Part shown: positions 7,809 through 17,579 of the stretch, piece by piece
How the letters are laid out: every line of letters starts with the position of its first letter
Position numbering within the stretch: position 1 is the stretch's first letter
Source: Planctomycetota bacterium
GTDB taxonomy: Bacteria; Planctomycetota; UBA8742; UBA2392
Direction of reading: 5' to 3'
DNA length: 64,000 nucleotides
Assembly: GCA_020425695.1 (NCBI GenBank)
Contig: JAGQRE010000002.1
Location: 5,829 to 69,828 of the forward strand
Translations under genes and position numbers: made by a program
Notes under the pieces: model-generated
Database searches by the model: none
What the model was told of the DNA's origin: nothing
Seen by the model: only the letters and a program-made list of their open reading frames with translations

Positions 7809-10800
7809 TTACTCGGCTTGCGGCTCCAGCGTTCGCGTTTGCACCTGCCCCCGCGCCAGCGTTACATCCAGCGTGATCGGCAGGTAACCCTGCATCTTCA
7901 CGACCACCCTGTAGTTGCCCGGCTTGAGCGGTCCGACGTCGATCCGCTTGGCCGGTTTCGGCTGAGGCATTCCTATGATGATCGGATTGACCAGGCCCGT
8001 GACGATTACGGGCTCGCCTGTCGCGTCCGTGATCGTGACAAGCGCACCGCTGATAATTTCCGCAGGCAGGTCGACGGTCAACTCCAACCGGGCGGCTGCC
8101 TGCAACTCCAGCGCGACATTGGTTTCCGCATCCAGCTTGATCTCGAACTCCTCGCTGTACGGGTCAACCATCGGCCCCGTAACCTCCAGCCGGTAAAGGC
8201 CGGGCGAAAGCTGCTGACCGAGAAGCTTTGAGCCGACCTTCAGTGGCGCCGGGCGCGTTGTAAGGACAGGCTGCCCTGGCATATCGAGTGCCACCAGGCG
8301 CAGCAGACAGAACGGAAAGGCCTGTTCGTCGAGCTCGATGCCGGTCAGCTTCTGCAACTCGACGTTCAGTGAGCCTTGCATCGACGACAGCTTGAGGTCG
8401 ATGGTGGTCTTTGAGCTGACCTCGACCACTGAACTTTGTCCACCAAAGCCTGGGCAACTGGCAATGACGATGTACTTGCCCGTGACGACTGGAGTCACGA
8501 TGAACTCACCATCCTCATTGGCTGTGATGCGGCTACCTACCATGCCGAGCAGCACATCCGGCCCCAGTCGACCGTTATCCTGGGGGCGTACGGTCAGCTT
8601 GGCCTCGGCGGGATCGAGCCCCTCACCGTGAAGCCTTACGGTCAGTGTTCCGCCGTTGAGCGATCGGCTGACGTCGTGCTCCGCGTTCCAGCCGCTGAAC
8701 TCAACGATGTCGCGGTGGATCGTCGCGCTGCTGGATCGCGACGTTGCGTAAAAATAGTACGAGCCGGGCGGGACTCCCTGGATTTCGAACGCGCCCGCAT
8801 CGTCGGCGAGCACATGCCACAGACCGTTGTTCAGCCCGGTACCCTCCAGCATGTATTCGTTGAATACCGGCTGGCCGTCGAGGGTCACGCAACCAAAAAC
8901 GCGGTTGCCCGGCACGCGCACGCTGTAGTCGATGTCCAGGGTAACGGATTCATCTTCAACGACGACGCGCCGGCGGCTGAACAGGGATTCGTCGAAGGCG
9001 CTGTCGAACTCGTCGACGATGATGATGTAGGTGCCCGGGTCAACGTCTTCCACCTTGTAGTTGCCCTCAATGTCGGTCTCGGCGTGGTAGCTGCGGGGCA
9101 CCGTGCTGTCGGCGAACGTGGTCATGCTGACTTTCGTGTTTGCCGCGGGATTGCCGTCCTTGCCGGTAATGTGCCCGCTGACCGTCAAGCCGGCACCAAA
9201 CACAACGTCGGCCTGCACCGGCAGGTCGTCCACGCGGATGCGAACCGGCGATGAAGTCTTGCCGTCGTAGCTGGCACGCACGACGTAGTCCCCTGGCGCG
9301 ACGCGGTTGAAACGGAAAGCATGTGTTTCGTCGGGGTTGACGCCGTTGAGCCGGTACATGCTGCGCTGAGCATAACTCTCGGTTGCGCCGGCGCGGACCA
9401 GGACCACCTTCACGCTCTGCATGTCTTCGGGAACCTGCGTGCCCCGAAAGCGCACCATGCCCTCAACAGTCACGCCACTGACCATCGTGATGCGCAGGTT
9501 TTGTACAGCGGACTGCCCCGCAGCTACCTCAAGCAGGGCCTCGGCATGGTCGGCATCGCGGGCGTACAGTGTCTGTGCTTCCGCGCTGGCGCCTTCGATT
9601 GTGAAGCTGCCGTCGGCGGCGCATTCCGCCACGACGTCGAAATCGTCTTTCAGCTTCACCAGCGCGCCGCTAACCGGTGCGCCGGCATCATCGACCACGA
9701 CGCCTGAGAGTTCGCGACCTTTGCTGAGCTTGATGACGCCCGCGTCCACGTGGTGTTCACCGTGGTCAGGAACTTCCAATTCACTGACAGCATAACCGGG
9801 TACGCGGAAGCGCATCGTGCTGGTTTGGTCGCGCTCAAGCGTTAGTTGGTACAACCCACCCGGTCCTTCTTCGCAATCCGTAGTGTTGATGCTTACAGCG
9901 GAGCCCATCGGAACCCGGAGCTCCACCATGAAGTCGGCGCTGACCGGCGGGTCGAGCTTGAACGTGAGGAACCGATCACGGCGATACAGCTTGAAGGTCT
10001 CGTCGGACTTCTCCAGCGCATCCTTGCGCAGCCCCACGTAGTTCCGGCTGCCGCGGAAACCCGGAGCCCAGGCGATCAGCCGGAACCCGGCTGTATGCTC
10101 CGGCGCGACGCCGCGTCCTTTGAATTCATAGTAGCCCTGGCTGTCCGCCGTGACGCCTTCCGGCGTGCTCTCGAACTGGAAGTCCGGTGCGCTGGTGCCA
10201 CCGCCCGAGGAAACCGCGTGCGACATCATCTCGCTGTCGAGCTCGGAAAGGCTGCCTTTGCCCAGTGCAGAGTATCGGCGTGCCGAAGCGTCGCCCTTGT
10301 ATTCTGCCGCCAAGCCGACCCAGGCCCCGCCGATGCCGTTATCGTCTTCATCCACGACGCGGCCGCGGACGCTGAACTCGACAACTTCGTCGGCCTCGGT
10401 CGTGCTGCCGGCCGAATTCGCGGGGTCCTTCCTGTTGTCCGCGTTGCCTGGTTTCTCATTTCCCGGTTTCTCGAGCGTGCTGTTCGGATCGCCCTGCAGC
10501 GGGTCGCTGGACGAGCCGTCCACCTCACCGGAAGATTCGCCATCGCCTGTTGCCGAGCCGATTGGTTGAACGGCATTCGGCTTCTCACTGGTCACCAACC
10601 AGCTGGTGCCGACCGCCACTACGCCTCCGACCAGAAGCAGCAGTGCGAACACCACCGCTAAAATCCCAGCTGTCACACCTGCATTAGTACCGGCATTCGC
10701 CATCACCAAGGCCTCCATATTCGTCACCAGAGAACTTGGGACTTTGACGGACGTCTTCGCGCCTTCGCGCATCGATTGCTCGAGATCCAGCCCCGCCGGA

Positions 10801-11321
10801 AGTGCGCCGACACTTAGCAGCTTCTCACGAAGCTTCTCGATGGCGCTGCGCTGGCGGGTCTTGACCGTGCCTTCCGGAATGCCCAGCGCGTTCGCTGTCT
10901 CGACGGCCGTGAAACCCTGTCCGTAGCGCAGCAGCACAACCTCGTGCAACTCGGGGGACAGTTGTTTCGCAGCCTCGAAGGCTTCGCGTGCCAGGGCTTT
11001 CACGCCGGGGTCTTCGGTCGGTTGCATCTCTGCGGCCTCGTTTTCGCGTTTGCGGCGCAGAGCCTCGCGGCGCTGCGTGTCCCGCACGAGGTTGGTGGCA
11101 ATGAAGTAAAGGTAAGTCCGCAGCGAGCCCTGCGTTTTCAGGCGTTTGCGGTGCTTCCAGAGCCGGATGAAGGTCTGCTGAACGACATCCTCGGAGGAAG
11201 CGCCCACCTGCGGGCGCACGTAGCGGTACAGCGGCTCGGTCAATTCGCGTACGACCTGGCGGAAGGCGCTGTTGTCGCCTTCCTGCAGGGCCTTGCGAAG
11301 TTGTTCGAGGTCGCTGCTCAC
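7809..11321 (-). CDS. ECF-type sigma-70 factor fused to a TM helix and a ~900-aa extracytoplasmic array of carboxypeptidase-regulatory-like beta-sandwich domains
   Basis: N-terminal region 2 (EDVVQQTFIRLWKHRKRLK..LRTYLYFIATNLVRD) and region 4 (VVLLRYGQGFTAVETANALGIPEGTVKTRQRSAIEKLREKL). TM helix GILAVVFALLLLVGGVVAVG. After that come repeated G.V.D..G.P..GA.V modules (e.g. GRVVDEDDNGIGGAWVGL, SGVVVDDAGAPVSGALVKL, GHITGKDGNPAANTKVSM). Confidence 0.85.
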   Translation of the reverse strand: MSSDLEQLRKALQEGDNSAFRQVVRELTEPLYRYVRPQVGASSEDVVQQTFIRLWKHRKRLKTQGSLRTYLYFIATNLVRDTQRREALRRKRENEAAEMQPTEDPGVKALAREAFEAAKQLSPELHEVVLLRYGQGFTAVETANALGIPEGTVKTRQRSAIEKLREKLLSVGALPAGLDLEQSMREGAKTSVKVPSSLVTNMEALVMANAGTNAGVTAGILAVVFALLLLVGGVVAVGTSWLVTSEKPNAVQPIGSATGDGESSGEVDGSSSDPLQGDPNSTLEKPGNEKPGNADNRKDPANSAGSTTEADEVVEFSVRGRVVDEDDNGIGGAWVGLAAEYKGDASARRYSALGKGSLSELDSEMMSHAVSSGGGTSAPDFQFESTPEGVTADSQGYYEFKGRGVAPEHTAGFRLIAWAPGFRGSRNYVGLRKDALEKSDETFKLYRRDRFLTFKLDPPVSADFMVELRVPMGSAVSINTTDCEEGPGGLYQLTLERDQTSTMRFRVPGYAVSELEVPDHGEHHVDAGVIKLSKGRELSGVVVDDAGAPVSGALVKLKDDFDVVAECAADGSFTIEGASAEAQTLYARDADHAEALLEVAAGQSAVQNLRITMVSGVTVEGMVRFRGTQVPEDMQSVKVVLVRAGATESYAQRSMYRLNGVNPDETHAFRFNRVAPGDYVVRASYDGKTSSPVRIRVDDLPVQADVVFGAGLTVSGHITGKDGNPAANTKVSMTTFADSTVPRSYHAETDIEGNYKVEDVDPGTYIIIVDEFDSAFDESLFSRRRVVVEDESVTLDIDYSVRVPGNRVFGCVTLDGQPVFNEYMLEGTGLNNGLWHVLADDAGAFEIQGVPPGSYYFYATSRSSSATIHRDIVEFSGWNAEHDVSRSLNGGTLTVRLHGEGLDPAEAKLTVRPQDNGRLGPDVLLGMVGSRITANEDGEFIVTPVVTGKYIVIASCPGFGGQSSVVEVSSKTTIDLKLSSMQGSLNVELQKLTGIELDEQAFPFCLLRLVALDMPGQPVLTTRPAPLKVGSKLLGQQLSPGLYRLEVTGPMVDPYSEEFEIKLDAETNVALELQAAARLELTVDLPAEIISGALVTITDATGEPVIVTGLVNPIIIGMPQPKPAKRIDVGPLKPGNYRVVVKMQGYLPITLDVTLARGQVQTRTLEPQAE

Positions 11322-11414
11322 CTGTTTTCCTCATCGCGGGGCGACGTCCGTCGTCGTCCCTTCACCCCGTACACGCAGCCCGGGCGGGAAACGATTTGGC
11401 AATTGTAGAAATTT

Positions 11415-12227
11415 TCAAGGGCCGCCGGAGACGATGAGGTAGACCACCGGCACGGCGATTCCGGCCAGCAGGAAGATACCGCCGCGCCCTAGCAGGCCTT
11501 TCTTGCCTCGAACCATCAGCATGCCGCTGAAGGCCAGGAACAGCAGCACGATTGCGTAGGCATCCGAAATGTACGTCCACGCGGCCTTGCCTCGATTCAG
11601 GTGCAGCCAGTTTGCGGTGCGCAGGAAGAAGCGGGGCTTCTGGCCGACGTCGTATACGTCGTAGCCGGTCTTGTAGTCCTGCACGGTCAGGTTGCGCCCG
11701 TCGAAGATGATGTCGATGTCTCGCACCGGTATGGTCACGCGCTCGACTTTGGTTGGCTCTTCGCCAATACCGATCCGGTGCAGCGCGGTGATGGCTGCAT
11801 CCCAGTCTTTCTCGGGCAATGCGCCACCGAGTGGATAGACGGTGCTGCCGTCTTTGCCCGCTTCCGTCACTTCGATTTCGTCCCGGTCCGGGCGCACCTG
11901 TACGGACTTGCCCGGCACGGCAATGTCATAGCGCACCAGAGTGCTGTTTGTCGTGAAGACATCGAGCGGTTCGGTTTCGATTCCCAGCTCGGACTTCACG
12001 GCCGCGACGGCGGCGGCTTCCTCGGCGGGCAGAGGCTGCTCGACCGTTATCAGCCGCTCGAAGTGGCTGAAGCTTGGGTCCCATTGGCCAATGTGGTTCA
12101 CGGCCAGACCGGACAACGCGTAGATCACCGTCAGACCCACGGCAAAGAAACCGAAGTCGCGGTGAAGGTTGCGCAGCGTCAGGCGCCAGTTGCCCTTCGG
12201 TACTGGATTCTGCGGCGGGTTCGCCAT
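11415..12227 (-). CDS. PepSY-associated TM-helix family membrane protein
   Basis: LRNLHRDFGFFAVGLTVIYALSGLAVNH at the N-terminus and WLHLNRGKAAWTYISDAYAIVLLFLAFSGMLMV near the C-terminus. The stop of the upstream Mo-enzyme gene is 21 nt away. Confidence 0.7.
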   Translation of the reverse strand: MANPPQNPVPKGNWRLTLRNLHRDFGFFAVGLTVIYALSGLAVNHIGQWDPSFSHFERLITVEQPLPAEEAAAVAAVKSELGIETEPLDVFTTNSTLVRYDIAVPGKSVQVRPDRDEIEVTEAGKDGSTVYPLGGALPEKDWDAAITALHRIGIGEEPTKVERVTIPVRDIDIIFDGRNLTVQDYKTGYDVYDVGQKPRFFLRTANWLHLNRGKAAWTYISDAYAIVLLFLAFSGMLMVRGKKGLLGRGGIFLLAGIAVPVVYLIVSGGP

Positions 12228-12248
12228 GTTCTCGTTTCTTTCGCCCGC

Positions 12249-13163
12249 CTAGGAGAAGCGTTCCTGCTTCCACGGATCAGCACGGTTGTGGTAACCGCGA
12301 GTCTCCCAGAAGCCCGGGTAGTCTCGGTCAGAGAAGTAGATTCCGGTCAGGTACTTGGCGCTTTTCCAGAAATAGCGATCCGGCACCAGGCCCCGCACGG
12401 GCGAGCCATGGGCCTGCGCCAACGGGCGCTGGTTAACTTCGTAGGCCACCAGTACATTTGGCTTCAGCGCTTCCTCAATGTCGACGTTGGCGGTGTAGCC
12501 GTGCGCGGCCTCGAAGATCACGTAGCGGGCTTTGTTCGTTGGCTTTACGCGCTCGGCGATATCGGCGACGCGTACGCCGCTCCAGATTGCGCCCAACAGC
12601 GACCAGCCGGTCACGCAGTGGACATCGCAGGTCTGCTCGATCTGCGTATAACCCTGCAAGTCGCGAAAGCTGAAGTCTGTCGGGTTCTCGACTTCGCCGT
12701 GCACTTTCAGGATGTAGTTGTCGCGGCTTGGGTCGCCGGGTCTGCCGCCCATGGGTTTCAGCGTACTGCGCTCGGTCTGGCCTGGGGGCAGTCGCGGCGT
12801 CTGTTTTGACGTCGCGTCAACGCGAATCAGTTTCGGCTCAGGTGGCGTTTCAACAACTGGCTCAATCTCCGGCTGAGGTTGCCCGTCAACGGTCGCTGTC
12901 GAATCGGGCTTCTCGATGATGGCGCGTTGCCCCGGTGGCAGGCGGCGGCGACCGCCCTCAAGCATCTGCGCGGCGAGATCTTCCTGTTCGCGCTGCCCGG
13001 CAATGGCGTAGGCAATGCCACCCAACGTCACGACTGTGGTACCGGCCGCCAACGCTTGAATAAAACGGCGACGTGCCTTGGCCAGTCGAATCTCGGCCGG
13101 CGATTGATTCGGATCGTCCATGACGAACTCCACGCCCCTGCCCGGGTGAATAATGATACGCAC
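12249..13163 (-). CDS. molybdopterin-dependent oxidoreductase, MsrP/YedY-like (sulfite-oxidase fold), Tat-exported
   Basis: Tat-like signal ARRRFIQALAAGTTVVTL. Moco-domain signature CDVHCVTGWSLLGAIWSGVRVADI and C-terminal FWKSAKYLTGIYFSDRDYPGFWETRGYH. Confidence 0.8.
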   Translation of the reverse strand: MRIIIHPGRGVEFVMDDPNQSPAEIRLAKARRRFIQALAAGTTVVTLGGIAYAIAGQREQEDLAAQMLEGGRRRLPPGQRAIIEKPDSTATVDGQPQPEIEPVVETPPEPKLIRVDATSKQTPRLPPGQTERSTLKPMGGRPGDPSRDNYILKVHGEVENPTDFSFRDLQGYTQIEQTCDVHCVTGWSLLGAIWSGVRVADIAERVKPTNKARYVIFEAAHGYTANVDIEEALKPNVLVAYEVNQRPLAQAHGSPVRGLVPDRYFWKSAKYLTGIYFSDRDYPGFWETRGYHNRADPWKQERFS

Positions 13164-13197
13164 GGATAGGCGGCGGGGCGAACACCGTTCAAAGAAA

Positions 13198-13219
13198 CAC
13201 CGCCCGCGAACGGGCGGTG
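13198..13219. terminator. intrinsic terminator downstream of thrC (hairpin with T-tracts on both strands)
   Basis: caccgcccg-cgaa-cgggcggtg is flanked by ttttt on the + strand. On the - strand it is followed by tttctttg. Confidence 0.65.
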
Positions 13220-13238
13220 TTTTTACTCAATCGTGTCG

Positions 13239-14483
13239 CTAGGCGACGTTCAGGTCTTTGAAGGCAGACAACGTCGGTTTGATGACCGGCGCGTCCGGCA
13301 GCACACCCGGCTCCATCAATGCGTCCATGGTTTTCAGTCCCTGGCCGGTGATGCAGAGGACCGTCGTTTCGTCCGGGTTGATCTTGCCTGCTTCGGCCAA
13401 CTTCTTGAACGTTGCAACAGTTACACCGCCCGCTGTTTCTGTGAACACACCTTCGGTCTCGGCCAGGAGGCGCATCCCGGCGACGATCTCTACGTCCGTC
13501 ACATCATCGCCGCCGCCGCCGCTTTCCTGGCACAGGCGGGCGGCAAAGTAGCCGTCGGCCGGGTTACCGATGGCAATGCTGCGCGCGATCGTGTTCGGTT
13601 CTTTCACCGGCTTGATCAGGTCTGTGCCGGCCTTGATCGCGGCCGTGATCGGGTTGCAGCCGGTCGCCTGAGCGCCCCAGAACTTGCAGTTGGGCTCAGC
13701 TTCAAGCAGCCCGAGCTTGCTGAACTCGTTGAACGCCTTGTTCAGCTTGTTGATGAGACTGCCGCCCGCCATGCAGACGACGACGTTGTCCGGCGCTTTC
13801 CAGCCAAGCTGTTCGGCGACTTCGAAGCCCATGGTCTTGCTGCCTTCGGCGTAGTACGCACGCAGGTTTACGTTCACGATGCCGATGTTGGCGTCGTTGG
13901 CAATCTCGGCGCACAGACGATTCACGTCATCGTAGTGCCCATCGATCTTGATCAGTGTCGCGCCGTAGACCTGCGTGTTGACGACCTTCGCACGCTCGAG
14001 CGACTTGGGAATCAGGATGACCGACTTCAGCCCGGCTTGTGCAGCTTGCGCGGCCACGCTGTTCGCGAGGTTGCCCGTGCTTGCGCAGCCAACGGTCTCG
14101 AAACCAAAACGCTTCGCGCGGGCGATACTGACCGCAACGACGCGGTCCTTGAACGACAGCGTCGGTACGCATACGCCGTCGAACTTGACGTAGAGGTTGT
14201 TGAAGCCGCCGAGACGTTTGCCGAGGTTTTTCGCGTGGTACAGCGGCGTGCCGCCCGTGTTGAAGCCAGAGACAGGCTCCTGCTCCGGCAGCAACTCGCG
14301 ATAGCGCCACATATTGAACGCGCGCTTCTGAATCTGTTCGCGTGTCAGTACCTTCTTCGCGGCGTCGTAGTCGTAAACGACTTCCAGTGGCGCGAAGTCC
14401 ATCTCACATACGTTGATCGGGTTGTCTGCGTATTCCGTGCCGCATTCTCTGCAGCGCAGACCAACCGCTGTGGCAGTACTCAT
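13239..14483 (-). CDS. thrC: threonine synthase
   Basis: 414 aa. N-terminal Zn-ribbon-like LRCRECGTEY and the PLP-lysine motif PTLSFKDRVVAVSI followed by GCASTGNLANSVAAQAA. Confidence 0.9.
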   Translation of the reverse strand: MSTATAVGLRCRECGTEYADNPINVCEMDFAPLEVVYDYDAAKKVLTREQIQKRAFNMWRYRELLPEQEPVSGFNTGGTPLYHAKNLGKRLGGFNNLYVKFDGVCVPTLSFKDRVVAVSIARAKRFGFETVGCASTGNLANSVAAQAAQAGLKSVILIPKSLERAKVVNTQVYGATLIKIDGHYDDVNRLCAEIANDANIGIVNVNLRAYYAEGSKTMGFEVAEQLGWKAPDNVVVCMAGGSLINKLNKAFNEFSKLGLLEAEPNCKFWGAQATGCNPITAAIKAGTDLIKPVKEPNTIARSIAIGNPADGYFAARLCQESGGGGDDVTDVEIVAGMRLLAETEGVFTETAGGVTVATFKKLAEAGKINPDETTVLCITGQGLKTMDALMEPGVLPDAPVIKPTLSAFKDLNVA

Positions 14484-14608
14484 GGCTTTCTCCCGTCCGA
14501 ATCTCTCGGACTTCCATGCTGAGAGCGATGCCCTTTGAACGCTCGCCTCAGATACCTATTGGCCCGTGACGGTGGGGACGTTAGCAGGCTTCCCTCCAGA
14601 TGCCAGAA

Positions 14609-14636
14609 GGGAGCCCCGACACCGGCCAGGGCTCCC
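14609..14636. terminator. possible terminator hairpin after the HEAT-repeat gene
   Basis: gggagccc-12 nt-gggctccc. On the - strand it is followed by ttctgg (weak T-tract). Confidence 0.35.
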
Positions 14637-14662
14637 TCAGGGGAAAGGCACTCATGATTCTG

Positions 14663-16048
14663 CTAGCCGGAAATCCGCTTCAAGGCTTCACCCGCCCAGT
14701 AACGAACGTCTTCATCTTCGTCCTGCAAAGCGGCGTGCAGGGCGGATTCCGCAGGCTTCGCTTCAGGCCCGACCTTTTCAAGTGCACGGGCTGCGTTGAA
14801 CCGAATGCGCTCATCTTCGTCTGAAAGGCACGCGGCAAGCTCAGTGACTGCGCGGGCTGCGTCGTCACCCATATGCGTGAACGCGTTCAAGGCCCGCAGC
14901 TTGACGTGCGTGTTGCCATCCGCGAGTGCCTTGCGCAGAGACGAAACCGCGGCACTGCCAATCGCGCCCAGCGCTTCACTTGCGGCGCGGCTGATGTCGC
15001 CGGTTTCATCCTTCATCGCTTCAATCAGCTTCGGTACGGCACTTGAGGCGGCACTGCCTACTTCGCGTAGAGCGTCGGCTGCCTGTGTGCGTACGGCGGT
15101 ATCATCAAGAAGCTCCGTCAGTGCCGGCACGGCCTCTTTGGCGTCTGGTCCTATACGCCCCAGTGCAATCACAGCGCGCCGGCGTACGCGGGCATCTTCA
15201 TCACTAAGCGTTCCAATCAGCGCCTGCACCGAACCCTTGCCGATACGTCCCAGTGACTTCGCAGCCGCCGCACGCACTTCCGAGCCGGCGTCTTTCAGCG
15301 CCTTCGTCAGAACCGGCACTGCAACCTCCGCAGCCGGGCCGATGTTGCCCAGCGCCTCGGCCGCAATGTACCGCACGCTATCTACATCATCTTTCACCGA
15401 ATCCATTAGCGCCGGTACAGCGCCGGATGCAGCCGGGCCGATCCGCCCAAGCGCATATGCCGCGTCAAAACGTACGTTCGGGTCGTCATCCTTAAGCGCG
15501 TTGCACAGGGGCCCGACGGCCTCGGCGCCCATGTCGCCCAAGGCCTCGGCGGCGGCGCGGCGGACGTCCACTTTCTCGTCCTTGAGCGCCATCATCAGTT
15601 CCGGGATCGCTTCCTTTGCCGCACGCCCGATCTTGCGCAGGGCTTCGGCGGCGTAGCAGCGAATCTCGCCGGCCGTGTCACGTAGCTGATGGGCCACGGA
15701 AGGGACCGCGTCAACGGCGCGATGCCCGATCATGCGAATGGCATCCAGCGCGCGCTGGCGCAGGTGAACGCTCTTTTCGCCGAGGGAATCGATCAGCACC
15801 GGTACCGATGCGGTACCTATCCGCCCAAGCGCGAAGCCAGCATCAAACACCACGTGCGGGTCGTCATCGCGCAAAGCCTTGCCAAGGGCCGGTGCGGCCG
15901 AGCTCGCCTGCGAGCCCAACTTGCCAAGCGCCTCAGCAGCACTGCGGCGCACAGACGGGTCCTTGTCGCCTAGTCGTTCAATCAGTCGCTCAATCTCTGG
16001 AGTCGTCATGTCGTCGTCCTCAATTCGATATGCCCCAGTGTACCACAC
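14663..16048 (-). CDS. HEAT-repeat (PBS-lyase-type) protein
   Basis: 461 aa made of about 13 copies of the D..VR..AA.ALG.IG unit (e.g. DPSVRRSAAEALGKLG, DVRRAAAEALGDMG, DARVRRRAVIALGRIG). Confidence 0.85.
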   Translation of the reverse strand: MWYTGAYRIEDDDMTTPEIERLIERLGDKDPSVRRSAAEALGKLGSQASSAAPALGKALRDDDPHVVFDAGFALGRIGTASVPVLIDSLGEKSVHLRQRALDAIRMIGHRAVDAVPSVAHQLRDTAGEIRCYAAEALRKIGRAAKEAIPELMMALKDEKVDVRRAAAEALGDMGAEAVGPLCNALKDDDPNVRFDAAYALGRIGPAASGAVPALMDSVKDDVDSVRYIAAEALGNIGPAAEVAVPVLTKALKDAGSEVRAAAAKSLGRIGKGSVQALIGTLSDEDARVRRRAVIALGRIGPDAKEAVPALTELLDDTAVRTQAADALREVGSAASSAVPKLIEAMKDETGDISRAASEALGAIGSAAVSSLRKALADGNTHVKLRALNAFTHMGDDAARAVTELAACLSDEDERIRFNAARALEKVGPEAKPAESALHAALQDEDEDVRYWAGEALKRISG

Positions 16049-16112
16049 TGCGATTGCTCGCGTAGCACTTGCGGGGTTACATGATCTTGATTCGGGAGAT
16101 TGCGACGAACGC

Positions 16113-17459
16113 CTACTTCAAGTCGACGACCCACTCTTGCCATTCGGTCTGGAAGTCTTCCAACTCGACACTGAACCGGGCTTTGAAGTCGCTGTGGGCA
16201 GTGTCTGTACGGTAGTAGTCGACGAGCAAGTGCAGATACGGCTTGCGGTACTCGTCCGGCTTCTCAAACAGGCAGTACCACGCCACGGAGCCGGCGAGCG
16301 CATACTTTTCGACAGAACTGATCGGTTCACCCGCCGCAAAGCCCGAGAAGCCCTGCGCGAAAATCGGCTTTAGCTTCGGAACTTCGCCCTTCTTGCCTGC
16401 CCAGTACTTCTTAATTGTGTAGGTGCGCTGGTCTTCAAGCCCCTTGAGTTTGTACTTGCTGTCGGAGATCTGAAGGTCCTCAAACACGACGGCGATGCTC
16501 TCGACAATCCAGGCGTGCTCTTTCGTGGTCGCCAGGTCGTAGCTGGCCCATCCCCCACGGCGCCCGCGCAGCCCAATCTCGACGAGCCGATGCGCGCATT
16601 CGTGGTACATAGTGCGCGCGAGGTTGTCCTTTGCTTTGTTCTTGCGCCCTACGTAGTCACAACGCTCGGCGTTGATGAAGACGGCCTGCAGTGTACCGAC
16701 ATGCATGCCGCCGTTGGTTTCGCCCATGGGGTAACCGATGTCGGTCGTGAACTGCACAAAGGTCTTGGACTTCTTGCAGCACCAGACAACATTCGGCGCC
16801 TCGCGTTGCGGAATCACATCGCCCAGCAACTCAAAGAAGATCTCGTGGTAGCGCTGCAACAGCCCAGCGTACTTGAAGGCACGCTTCCAGTCGAGGTCCG
16901 TCACCAGCGTGAAATGCTCGCCGACCAGCACATACGGCTGCTCCCAGCTAACGTCGTAGTCCGGCTTGGAGGTTTCAGCGTCGAGGTTCAATACCAGCTT
17001 CGAGTACTGCTCAAAGCTTGCCTTACTGAGCCAGCCAAGCCCGTCCAGCCACTTACGACCCATCGACTCGTTTGCGCCGACATGGTCGGGGTCGAGTTGC
17101 AGAATCTGCTGGGCACCCTGCCCCGCCTTCTCCACGCCGACGGCCCGCCGTTTGTTCACGCCCTCGACGCGATCCAGATATGCACCCCAGGCTTCGCTCG
17201 TGTATTCGTCGTCTTTGCCTTCACACTCTGTGATGATTTCCCGCGCGCGCTCAAGGTTGTCGCCGGTTACGGACTCGCACAGTCTGCGCGCCTCGGAATA
17301 CAGCTTGTTCTCAAGGCAGTATTCACCCAGGGCGAGCGTGGCATCGTGATAGCCGGGCTGGGAAGGATGGTACGGCAGTGGTTCAAGCTCAGCGTGGAGG
17401 CACGCCGCAGCCAGAACAAGCAACAAGGAGAGTTGAGCGAATTCGCGGAACAACTTCAT
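16113..17459 (-). CDS. secreted HExxH protein (DUF1570-like putative metallopeptidase)
   Basis: Signal peptide MKLFREFAQLSLLLVLAAACLHA. The single zinc-type motif is MYHECAHRLVE. The family assignment is from memory of DUF1570 and is unverified. Confidence 0.55.
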   Translation of the reverse strand: MKLFREFAQLSLLLVLAAACLHAELEPLPYHPSQPGYHDATLALGEYCLENKLYSEARRLCESVTGDNLERAREIITECEGKDDEYTSEAWGAYLDRVEGVNKRRAVGVEKAGQGAQQILQLDPDHVGANESMGRKWLDGLGWLSKASFEQYSKLVLNLDAETSKPDYDVSWEQPYVLVGEHFTLVTDLDWKRAFKYAGLLQRYHEIFFELLGDVIPQREAPNVVWCCKKSKTFVQFTTDIGYPMGETNGGMHVGTLQAVFINAERCDYVGRKNKAKDNLARTMYHECAHRLVEIGLRGRRGGWASYDLATTKEHAWIVESIAVVFEDLQISDSKYKLKGLEDQRTYTIKKYWAGKKGEVPKLKPIFAQGFSGFAAGEPISSVEKYALAGSVAWYCLFEKPDEYRKPYLHLLVDYYRTDTAHSDFKARFSVELEDFQTEWQEWVVDLK

Positions 17460-17579
17460 GGGCGTACGCCGAGGGGTGGGCGTGACGGGGATGCTCGCAG
17501 TTTAGTCTGTCCGCAAATCAGAGGCGAGTGCTCTTGCAGGTTTGATTTGCGGTTCCGCACACGTCGGCAGAGCCTGCGC

